Assembly (NCBI GenBank): GCA_009691245.1
Contig: SHUM01000006.1
Span: 20,399 to 84,398 of the forward strand
Direction of reading: 5' to 3'
Length of the DNA: 64,000 nt
Source: Acidobacteriota bacterium
GTDB taxonomy: Bacteria > Acidobacteriota > Terriglobia > 2-12-FULL-54-10
The notes below the pieces were generated by a model that saw nothing but the letters and a program-made list of their open reading frames with translations, was not told the origin of the DNA and did no database searches. Positions 55,217-62,944 of the stretch are shown here, piece by piece. The position numbers and the translations under genes were made by a program. How positions within the stretch are numbered: the first letter of the stretch is position 1; each line of letters starts with the position of its first letter.

Positions 55217-56631
55217 AATCACTGATCCCACAGTATGGAATCGGTATTGAGTTACGCAAGAACTCACTAGTGGCCATTTTCGCGAAGCGGACGATGGGCA
55301 GCTTCCGCATTGTCGATCGTCTCGAACTTAAAAACATGTACTCAGACGGGCCGGTGATATGCGGGCAGGAATATACGGCATTTTTGCGTCGCCACGGTTT
55401 AAGGGCACCTTGGACGATTGTTTCAATTCCTCGCGAGACTGCTATCTTGCGCGATGTGAAACTTCCAGGGACAGTGGCCCATGAAGTGAAGTCAGTTATT
55501 GGGCTACAGCTTGAATCGCTTCATCCTTTTGCAGATGAAGATGTCGTGTGGGACTGCATGATTCCAACCAACGATGAGACTCAGCAACGTGGCGCTGACT
55601 CAATGGGCAGGCCAATTAATGTAACGGTGGCATTTGCACAACGAAAGGCTGTTCTTGAATTGGCAGAATGGTTTAATCAAGCCGGTATTCCAGTTTCACA
55701 ATTTGTGATATCGCCGCTTTTATTGCGTACGATTGCGGATCAATCTCATCAGTCAAATGCGGATGCTGCCGAACCCGTGGTTGTCGCGTACTCCAAGGAA
55801 GATGGTTGGGACCTAATCGGCTGCGCCTCAGGTCACCCAACAGTGGTTCGTGAATTGTCGATCCACGATTATGACGCGGATAACTCAAACGACTTACTTG
55901 CTGCATTGGACAATGAGCTTGATACGGTATGCGCTACTCTCCGGGTAGAAAAGACCCGTCACCCGTGTCTGCTCATTGGTGGAGCGATTTCATCAAAGAC
56001 AGAGTTGTGGTCAACTATTGAGAAGGAGTTAGGCCAGCGATATCAATTGACCCAACTTGATGCAGACTGCCTTGCGATTGCTGCGGCTCGCTCCGCTTTT
56101 GGACGCGGCGAGGATATGAGTATCAACTTACTTCCACCAGAGCAGAGACACTTTGAGTCACCAGGGGCGCTAATACCGACTTACAGTGTGGCTGCAGTTG
56201 TTCTGCTGCTTGTCGCAGGATTAGGATTTCGCGGAACCTTGCAGGATTGGCAATACAGCCGAAGGCTTGACTCGGAAATTGTTGCGCTTCACCCACGCGT
56301 TTCTGAAATTGAGAAGATGCGAGATCAATCAGGTACGGAATACCACATGCTGTTGAGGCTGGCGGCGATCCGGGATGGAGCGAAGCTTCCACTGGACATG
56401 CTTGAAGAAGTTACTCGATCCCTGCCAGCCGATGCTTGGTTGCAACAATTGCAGTTGGAGGGCAACACCCTAACCCTGGTTGGTGTGGCTGATTCAGCTT
56501 CCAGCGTGTTACAAGCTATTTCCGAAACGTCGCGTATCGAATCGCCACAATTTCTATCGGCGATTTCACGTTCGAATGACGGAAAAGAAGCGTTCCGAAT
56601 CGGCGCTCGTCTTCGCCCGGGGATTCGCTAA
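55213..56631 (+). CDS. gspL: GspL-equivalent assembly protein (PilM-like cytoplasmic domain fused to PilN-like TM and periplasmic part)
   Basis: An actin-like N-terminal half, then INLLPPEQRHFE and a TM segment (IPTYSVAAVVLLLVAGLGF) typical of PilN. It overlaps gspK by 4 nt. Confidence 0.6.
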   Translation: MKSLIPQYGIGIELRKNSLVAIFAKRTMGSFRIVDRLELKNMYSDGPVICGQEYTAFLRRHGLRAPWTIVSIPRETAILRDVKLPGTVAHEVKSVIGLQLESLHPFADEDVVWDCMIPTNDETQQRGADSMGRPINVTVAFAQRKAVLELAEWFNQAGIPVSQFVISPLLLRTIADQSHQSNADAAEPVVVAYSKEDGWDLIGCASGHPTVVRELSIHDYDADNSNDLLAALDNELDTVCATLRVEKTRHPCLLIGGAISSKTELWSTIEKELGQRYQLTQLDADCLAIAAARSAFGRGEDMSINLLPPEQRHFESPGALIPTYSVAAVVLLLVAGLGFRGTLQDWQYSRRLDSEIVALHPRVSEIEKMRDQSGTEYHMLLRLAAIRDGAKLPLDMLEEVTRSLPADAWLQQLQLEGNTLTLVGVADSASSVLQAISETSRIESPQFLSAISRSNDGKEAFRIGARLRPGIR

Positions 56632-56648
56632 ATTCACCAGTATAGGAG

Positions 56649-57248
56649 TTGGATGGTCCGATGATGAGTGACGTATTTGGAAATCGAATGGCAAAGCGAG
56701 ACCGGCGAGCGCTGCAAATTGCGGCAGTAGGAGTTGCTGTCTATTTGCTCCTGCAATATTTCGCCCTGCCCGCTTGGGACAGCCTCCGGGCGGTGCGGAG
56801 TGAGTTGCCATTGAAAGAGCAGTCGCTTGCCAAGTACCGGCGGGCGGTGGACCTAGCCGGAGCGCACGCGCGTGATTCTCAGACTCTTTCCGAGCAGCTC
56901 CGCCAAGCGGAAGGTGGATTGCTCCAGGCACCGACAGCGTCTTTGGCGTCCGCGGAGTTGGAGAAGTGGTTGAGCGATACCGCCAAGGCGCAAGAAATCG
57001 AGGTGCGCTCAAGTGACTTTCAAAAGGTGGTACCTGACTCCGACGGATATACGCAGATTCCGGTGGGATTACAGTTCCAGTGTCGGATTGAGCAGCTTGT
57101 AAATTTTCTTTCCGCTATCCAATCTTCTGAGCGGGTACTCAGTATCAGTCGCCTTATTGTGCAGCCGGCAGGTGGGAACCAGAAACAGCTTTCTGTGGCG
57201 ATGACGGTGGGTGGTTGGGCGAAGTCACTGGAGTCCGAAAGGAAATAG
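56649..57248 (+). CDS. gspM: GspM/PilO-like bitopic assembly protein
   Basis: A short cytoplasmic N-terminus, a TM segment (ALQIAAVGVAVYLLLQYFALP), a coiled region and a ferredoxin-like C-terminus. The call rests on position. Confidence 0.5.
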   Translation: MDGPMMSDVFGNRMAKRDRRALQIAAVGVAVYLLLQYFALPAWDSLRAVRSELPLKEQSLAKYRRAVDLAGAHARDSQTLSEQLRQAEGGLLQAPTASLASAELEKWLSDTAKAQEIEVRSSDFQKVVPDSDGYTQIPVGLQFQCRIEQLVNFLSAIQSSERVLSISRLIVQPAGGNQKQLSVAMTVGGWAKSLESERK

Positions 57249-57274
57249 ACCTAGTCCGAATCAGACGGTGATAG

Positions 57275-58012
57275 GTGGCTTTATTTATGATGCAAAAGAG
57301 GCAACTGATAGTGGTCAATCTGCTGCTGGTGGCGGCATCCGTAGCGCTTGGGTGGAAGCTCACGCTGGATTGGCGAAGTGCCCGCGATCGACAGTTCAAT
57401 CGCGGGTTGTCAGTCGATGATAATCGTCCGAGTTATGTCCTGCCAGCTTCCAAAGCCGTAGCGATGGCGGGCGGGGAAGTGGTGTCGAGCAATCCATTCT
57501 CGCCAGATCGCAGCAGCGTCATCGAACAAGCTGCACCAGTGGCAGCCGGACCTCCGCCGCAGCTTCCCGTCGTGATCGGCACAATGCGGCTGGGCGCGAA
57601 CTATGAAGCGCTGATGGCGGAAAGCGCGCAGACCGCGAGTACCTCATTCAAGCAGGTAAAAACCGGCGCCGTTGTCGGTGGCTATACAGTTGCGGCGATT
57701 CGTGATGATGAAGTTGTGGTGGAGTTGAATGGTGAGCGAACCACGATCAACGTCTATCTGTCTTCGAGCGGGGTGGCGAGATCAACAAGCAGGACGCTGG
57801 TGCCTAACGTACCCTCCGCGCCGAAAGTGGAGACATCTTCAACTCTCCCATCGAGCTCACCTGGCCAGTCGGTTTCTGCTTCCAGTGCGGCGAGTGCGGT
57901 CCAAGTGCCCAGCCCTGATCCCACGCTGAAGATCACGATAGAGGGAAATCGCAGGAGATATGAACGCGCCACGATGTTTGGTCCGCAAATCTGGTACGAG
58001 GATATCAGGTAG
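57275..58012 (+). CDS. GspC/PilP-like secretin-interacting protein
   Basis: TM anchor (LIVVNLLLVAASVALGW) and an HR/PilP-like beta domain (FKQVKTGAVVGGYTVAAIRDDEVVVELNGERTTINVY), directly upstream of gspD. Confidence 0.45.
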   Translation: MALFMMQKRQLIVVNLLLVAASVALGWKLTLDWRSARDRQFNRGLSVDDNRPSYVLPASKAVAMAGGEVVSSNPFSPDRSSVIEQAAPVAAGPPPQLPVVIGTMRLGANYEALMAESAQTASTSFKQVKTGAVVGGYTVAAIRDDEVVVELNGERTTINVYLSSSGVARSTSRTLVPNVPSAPKVETSSTLPSSSPGQSVSASSAASAVQVPSPDPTLKITIEGNRRRYERATMFGPQIWYEDIR

Positions 58013-58154
58013 CACCGAAGTTTTAGAGTGATTGCAGGATAGAAGTAGGCTCGAAGAACTGGAAGTCGATTGAGCCGGTTTCCGAGAAATGCTCCAGTGG
58101 ACATTTGCCATTTGGACACCCGCGAGTTTAGGTCATTTGATTGAGAGGCAAGAG

Positions 58155-60218
58155 ATGAAAAGGAAATTTCAGACAATAGGTGGCCAGTTGATTGCATCTG
58201 GCTACTTGATGCTGGTTGTTGGCGTCAGTGTCGCGCGGAGCGTAGCGCAGGTTCCCGCCCCGCAGCCGCCTGCTGCCCCTCCAGCCGCCCAGGCAGCCGT
58301 ACAGGCCAATGAGGCGGAAGCCGCCATTCCCATCGCGCTCCACTTTGAGAACGCGGATCTGCTGCGCGTCATCGGCATCATTGCGTCGGAGTTGCGCATG
58401 AACTACGTCGTTGACCCGTTGGTTAAGGGTTCGGTGAACATCAACACGCTGGGCGATGTTCGCCGCAGCGATCTGTTCCCACTGCTGCAGATGATCCTGC
58501 GCATCAATGGCGCTACTGCGGTGCAGACCGGCAACTTCTATCGCATTGTTCCCTTGCAGAACCTTCAGCGGATGCCCATTTCTCCGGAGGCGGCTGGCAG
58601 CCAATTGAGCTCTGATGACCGTGTGGTCATGAACATTATTCCCTTAAAGTATGTGGCTGCGACGGACATGACCAAAATCCTCACACCATTTCTCTCCGAA
58701 GGCGGGCACCTGTTCAGTCATGACGGAGGCAACATCCTGATCGTCACGGATTCTAGCCGCAGCATGAGCCGATTGATCGAGCTGATCGGGCAGTTCGATA
58801 CCGAAGTGTTCACCGACCAGCGCGCCCGCCTGTATCCCATCAAGCACAGTCAGGCGGATAAGCTGGCTGCTGAATTGAAGGAAGTTTTCTCGGCCTATGG
58901 TCTTTCGGGCGGAACCTCTGCGGTACGGTTTGTTCCCATTGATCGGGTGAATGCAATTCTGGCGGTTACGGCGAATGCCAGCGCCTATACCGAGATCGAG
59001 AAATGGTTGGAGAAGTTGGACCAGCCCACCGCCCAGGCGGGTGTGAGAACCTTTATTTATAAGGTCGAGAATGGAAGGGCGGAAGACATTGCGAGCGTGC
59101 TGTCAAGTTTACTGCTGGGAACCAGCCTTGCCCAGAGCGGTCCTGGTCAACCTCCATTTGGCGGCGCATCGGGAGCGTCAGGCACGGCGGCTGTAACGCT
59201 GAGTCCCGCTGCAATGACTGGTTCCGGCGCTGGCCCGCGCGACCAGACGCACATTCGCATCGTCCCCGATACGATCAACAACCAGTTGCTGATCCAGGCC
59301 ACGGCGCAGGAGTATGAAGAAATCCGCCGCACCTTGCGCGACCTCGATATCGTGCCGCGTCAAGTGATGATCGAAGCCAAGGTCTACGAAGTGGCTCTGA
59401 CCGGTGATCTGTCGGCTGGCGTGACGGCCTTCCTGCAGAAGCAAGGCGCGACTCCGAATGTGCCCGGTGGCGAGAGAAAAGTTCAGGGAAGCTTTGCCAA
59501 TTCCGCGCTCAACGCCACGGTGGGAACGCTAGTGGGCCGTACGCGCGAGCTGCTTTTTTTCCTCAACGCGGCTGAGAGCCGCAGCCAAGCGAGGATCATT
59601 TCAGCCCCGTCGATATTGGCCAGCGACAATATAATGGCCAGCATCAATGTGGGCACGGAGGTTCCCACGCTGACATCCCAGGCGCTCGCCGGCGGCGCGC
59701 AGTCCGGCGGCAGCAGCCTGTTTACCAATACCATTCAGAGTCGTGATACCGGCGTATTGCTCAGCATCACGCCGCGGATCAACTCGTCCGGCTTGGTGAA
59801 TCTCAGGATTCAACAGGAGGTCAGCGCGCCGCTCGCGCCCTCGGCTGGAGGCATCCAGTCGCCGAGCATCCAGAAGCGCTCCATCTCCACGCAAGTGGTG
59901 GTCGGCGACGGCGAGACCATCGCGCTCGGCGGCATCATTCAGGAGGACCGCGGCATCACCAAAACTCGCGTCCCGCTGCTCGGTGACATTCCTTACCTCG
60001 GCGCGTTGTTTGGCAACACCGCTATCTCCTCGCACCGCACGGAGCTGATTGTGCTGCTCACTCCCACCGTGATCCGCGACGCCAACGAGGCGGGAAGGGC
60101 GACGGCGGAGTTTCGCGGGAAGCTGAAGGACCTGGAGCGACTCCTCCGCGAAGAGCAGGAAGAAACCGCCCAGCGCGAGGCCAAAGCCGCCGAGAAATCT
60201 GAGCAATCAAACCAGTAG
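58155..60218 (+). CDS. gspD: Type II secretion system secretin GspD
   Basis: N0 domain (IALHFENADLLRVIGIIASELRMNYVVDP...), N1-N3 repeats and a secretin core (RIISAPSILASDNIMASINVGTEVP ... VPLLGDIPYLGALF). ATG 58155 follows GAGAGG. Confidence 0.9.
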   Translation: MKRKFQTIGGQLIASGYLMLVVGVSVARSVAQVPAPQPPAAPPAAQAAVQANEAEAAIPIALHFENADLLRVIGIIASELRMNYVVDPLVKGSVNINTLGDVRRSDLFPLLQMILRINGATAVQTGNFYRIVPLQNLQRMPISPEAAGSQLSSDDRVVMNIIPLKYVAATDMTKILTPFLSEGGHLFSHDGGNILIVTDSSRSMSRLIELIGQFDTEVFTDQRARLYPIKHSQADKLAAELKEVFSAYGLSGGTSAVRFVPIDRVNAILAVTANASAYTEIEKWLEKLDQPTAQAGVRTFIYKVENGRAEDIASVLSSLLLGTSLAQSGPGQPPFGGASGASGTAAVTLSPAAMTGSGAGPRDQTHIRIVPDTINNQLLIQATAQEYEEIRRTLRDLDIVPRQVMIEAKVYEVALTGDLSAGVTAFLQKQGATPNVPGGERKVQGSFANSALNATVGTLVGRTRELLFFLNAAESRSQARIISAPSILASDNIMASINVGTEVPTLTSQALAGGAQSGGSSLFTNTIQSRDTGVLLSITPRINSSGLVNLRIQQEVSAPLAPSAGGIQSPSIQKRSISTQVVVGDGETIALGGIIQEDRGITKTRVPLLGDIPYLGALFGNTAISSHRTELIVLLTPTVIRDANEAGRATAEFRGKLKDLERLLREEQEETAQREAKAAEKSEQSNQ

Positions 60219-60603
60219 TGGGCGCCGCGGTTCCTCGCTGGAGACATGTGCTTTTTATTCGCCAAATGCGCGCGGCGGGATGCCTTGGCAAATAATCCAA
60301 AGAATCCACAGCGCACAATCTACACACGTTTACGGTTTTTGCCACTCTGGCCGGATTGACAAACTAGGGATTCGAGGTTCCTGGATCACAATTCAGGACA
60401 ACCTTAGCCCAGCTTTTCCCATTCATTCCCGTTGCGCCGCTCTCCAAAAGAATCCCAATGATCGTTCCTGACAATGTTCGCGGTTCTGTCGAGCAGGCCC
60501 AATTGTCCTGTTTCACCAAACTATCAAACATCAAGGTCCCGTCGGCGGGACGGCGGGCGCTTAGTGAGCAGTGAGTTGACAAAAGTGAGTCGGTAGCAGG
60601 CGC

Positions 60604-60695
60604 GTAGTTTTGGTAAGTTAGTAGTAGTAAGTTTATAATAGTTAGTAATGTGCAGTTAGTAATGAGTACAAAGTAATAGATGCTAAGTAGTGAGT
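60604..60695. other. C-depleted, AT-rich, stop-codon-saturated degenerate repeat tract
   Basis: By my count there are only 3 C in 92 nt (60653, 60669, 60683) and about 29% G+C. AGTTAGTAATG occurs twice (60640-60650 and 60654-60664), together with GTTAGTAGTAGTAAG, AGTAATAGATG and AAGTAGTGAG. At least 16 TAG/TAA/TGA triplets fall on the plus strand, across all three frames. Confidence 0.7.
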
Positions 60696-60777
60696 CATGT
60701 CGATTTCGGCAATACCATTATTGGAGAAATAGGACAATTTCAGAAGTAGAGCAAAAAGCCTGGACTGCGACTTACTA

Positions 60778-61122
60778 TTACGCGGTGGTGTCGACTCTCG
60801 ACACTGTGACTCGGACGCGGTAGCCCAGGGAACCGAGAATACGGATCAGAAGATCGCTGGAGACGCTTTCGAGTTTGTCATTTAGGATGGCGGTTACTCG
60901 TGTCCGGGAGGTTCCTGCCCGCTCGGCGATTGCGGCGTGAGTGATCCTTCTCTTCCGAACGATCTCCTTCAGATGCTTTAGGAGTGAATACTGGACCTGC
61001 CATTCCTTGGCGTCCGCTGGCGAAAGCCCAAGAACTTCAGCCAATGCCTCCGGAGTTCGCGCGACAATTGGTTTGACCCGAGACACGGGTTTAACTCTAG
61101 ACACGGGTTTGACCCTAGACAT
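60778..61122 (-). CDS. HTH (XRE-family) antitoxin, HigA-like
   Basis: The C-terminal part ITHAAIAERAGTSRTRVTAILNDKLESVSSDLLIRILGSLGYRVRV follows the pattern of XRE antitoxins paired with Gp49/HigB toxins. The N-terminus is an SRVKPV x3 repeat. Confidence 0.7.
   Translation of the reverse strand: MSRVKPVSRVKPVSRVKPIVARTPEALAEVLGLSPADAKEWQVQYSLLKHLKEIVRKRRITHAAIAERAGTSRTRVTAILNDKLESVSSDLLIRILGSLGYRVRVTVSRVDTTA
61066..61119. repeat. 18-nt tandem repeat x3 inside the antitoxin 5-prime end
   Basis: On the minus strand: TCTAGGGTCAAACCCGTG / TCTAGAGTTAAACCCGTG / TCTCGGGTCAAACCAATT. Confidence 0.8.
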
Positions 61123-61152
61123 CAAGAAGCTCCTTCAAGCGTTTCCTTGCGA

Positions 61153-61440
61153 CTACAATTTCTGGGCCGGAGTTTGCCGTGTCTTTTTGACAAATGCGTG
61201 GAACACGAGAATTCCTTCCCGCGAGAGCGTGAAGTAGAACGCGCGATACGCGCCGTCCTCGCCCTGAACGCGGAGTTCCGAAACGCCTGCGGCCACGCTG
61301 GGCATTGCTCGCGAGTGAGGCATTGCCAACTGCTCCCCCAGCTGAAGCTGAAAAAGGTGTCTACCCAAGCCAGTGCGGACCTCTTTCGGAAAGCGGCGGA
61401 TGGCGGCGCGCGCGCCCGGATGGAAGAGGATCGGCCTCAC
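61153..61440 (-). CDS. Gp49/HigB-like RelE-superfamily toxin, C-terminus displaced by a 1-nt frameshift
   Basis: A GTG start (complement of 61438-61440) gives MRPILFHPGARAAIRRFPKEVR...VSELRVQGEDGAYRAFYF...ILVFHAFVKKTRQTPAQKL*. The next frame continues EIVVARKRLKELLDV* down to 61115, overlapping the antitoxin ATG. Confidence 0.65.
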   Translation of the reverse strand: MRPILFHPGARAAIRRFPKEVRTGLGRHLFQLQLGEQLAMPHSRAMPSVAAGVSELRVQGEDGAYRAFYFTLSREGILVFHAFVKKTRQTPAQKL

Positions 61441-61582
61441 ATTCGCGAATGTCTCATATTTGAGACAACCAAGGAATGGAAAGCCAGGGGCATCTCGCAC
61501 CCGCCAGGATGGCGGCTTTACGTCAAACGGCACCGCCGCAGCTTGCAACCTTCTTGCCGTCGGCGGATACTAATAGGTGAGA

Positions 61583-62053
61583 GCAAGCAGGTTGGGCGAT
61601 CGCTCCGCGGCATTGCAAAATGTGGCGGGGAGGAAAGTCCGGACTCCATAGAGCGGTGTGCTGGCTAACGGCCAGGATTCGTGGGGCGTCTCGCTTAAGC
61701 GGGGGGCTCTGCGGGTACGGAAAGTGCCACAGAGAATATACCGCCCGGCGCGGCAGTATGCAGTAACGCGCGGGGTAAGGGTGAAAAGGTGCGGCCCCAG
61801 AGCAAAGGGGCTTAATGTAAGAGCGCACCGCCCGTCGGGCAACCGGCGGGGCAGGGCAAACCCCACACGGAGCAAGACCAAATAGGAGGGGAGGGACGGC
61901 TCGTCCCGCAACTTCGTCCAGCGATGGATGGAGGGCAACTCTCGGGTAGGTCGCTAGAGCCGGGAAGTAATTCCCGGCCCAGAGGAATGATCGTCATCCC
62001 GGCTAGCCTTCGGGCGCCCCGGGATACAAAATCCGGCTTATAGACCTGCTTGC
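61583..62053 (+). ncRNA. rnpB: RNase P RNA, bacterial type A
   Basis: GGAGGAAAGTCCGGACTCCATAGAG, ACAGAGAATATACCGCC, GGTAAGGGTGAAAAGGTGCGG...GTAAGAGCGCACC, GGGCAAACCCCAC, GGAGCAAGACCAAATAGG and ACAAAATCCGGCTTATAG. The P1 pairing is GCAAGCAGGT (61583-61592) with ACCTGCTTGC (62044-62053), followed by a T-run. Confidence 0.93.
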
Positions 62054-62070
62054 CTTATTTTTTTCTTCGA

Positions 62071-62251
62071 TCCGTCACAGAGCCGCGCGCGTGAGCGAGC
62101 GGACACGCTCGGCGGTAATATTATGCTCGGCCAGCAGTAATATTCTGCTCGGCTTGTGCAACCATCCCATGTAAATTCATTCGATGTCGTGACATTGAGC
62201 CGTGTGCCCGCGCGGGCGGGTCCGCTTGCTTACGCTCGCGGCACCGTGACG
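62071..62251. repeat. Inverted-repeat-bounded (MITE-like) element of about 180 bp
   Basis: TCCGTCACAGAGCCGCGCGCGTGAGCGAGCGGA (62071-62103) pairs with TCCGCTTGCTTACGCTCGCGGCACCGTGACG (62221-62251) as an imperfect inverted repeat with about 5 mismatches in 31. There is an internal 17-nt direct repeat GTAATATT(A/C)TGCTCGGC at 62115-62131 and 62137-62153. Confidence 0.6.
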
Positions 62252-62253
62252 CG

Positions 62254-62841
62254 CTAGCGCGCCAGCATCGCTTCCAGGCGCCGCTTCGCCTCGGGCCATT
62301 CTGAATCGATGATGCTGAAATAGACCGAGTTGCGGATGCGGCCGCTGGAAACGATCATGTGATTGCGGAAGTGGCCTTCTTCTTTCGCCCCCAGCCGCGC
62401 GATGGCGGCGCGGGAGCGTTCGTTTAGTTCATCGGTCTTCAGCGCCACGCGAATGCAACCCCATTGCTCGAAGGCGTGGCGCAGCATCAGGAATTTAGCT
62501 TCCGTGTTGATGGCGGTGCGCTGCCATTGTGGCGGGATCCACGTCCAGCCGATCTCCACGTTACGATTAGGGCAGTCGATCGTCAGAAATCGTGTGGACC
62601 CCACGACGTTGCCGGAGTGTCGGTCAATCGTCGCAAATGGCAGCGAGACGCCGGCGGCCTGCTCGTCAAGCGCCGTGTCGATAAACTCCTGCATCTCCTG
62701 CCGCGTAGTTATTTCCACTCGAAACCAGCGCCAAATGTTCTCGTCCAGGCCGACGGCGCACAGGCCGGCGAGGTGATCGGCACACAGCGGCTCCAGTCGC
62801 ACCGACGCACCTTCGAGAATGACTGGCTGTATCTCCATCAT
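62254..62841 (-). CDS. GNAT-family N-acetyltransferase (RimJ/RimL-like)
   Basis: 195 aa. LEGASVRLEPLCADH..., then a GNAT core (IGWTWIPPQWQRTAINTEAKFLMLRHAFE...RVALKTDELNERSRAAIARLG). Confidence 0.85.
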   Translation of the reverse strand: MMEIQPVILEGASVRLEPLCADHLAGLCAVGLDENIWRWFRVEITTRQEMQEFIDTALDEQAAGVSLPFATIDRHSGNVVGSTRFLTIDCPNRNVEIGWTWIPPQWQRTAINTEAKFLMLRHAFEQWGCIRVALKTDELNERSRAAIARLGAKEEGHFRNHMIVSSGRIRNSVYFSIIDSEWPEAKRRLEAMLAR

Positions 62842-62944
62842 GTGAGCAACCTCCGTCGCATGGATGCTCTCTCATTATAGGTTTCAACATTCGCGGATTT
62901 GTTTTATCTTTAATGATCGAGCAATTCTGTTGGAGACGTGGGCC

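Noticed and set aside
60364-60582. A 72-aa ORF on the minus strand in the gspD/antitoxin spacer.
   Set aside because: It has no RBS or motif and its composition is atypical. It abuts the AT island and is more likely non-coding.
47347-60696. The AGTGAGTC(GG) word recurs at the edges of the T2SS block (47347, 48078, 60586, 60689), which could mark att-like direct repeats.
   Set aside because: The same word also occurs inside gspE (about 49648). An 8-10-mer picked out after the fact in AT-richer DNA is weak evidence, and there is no extended flanking identity.
61523-61997. ORFs 61523-61828(-), 61570-61938(-), 61658-61885(+) and 61812-61997(-).
   Set aside because: They lie entirely within the RNase P RNA gene, whose conserved motifs and P1 pairing explain the region.
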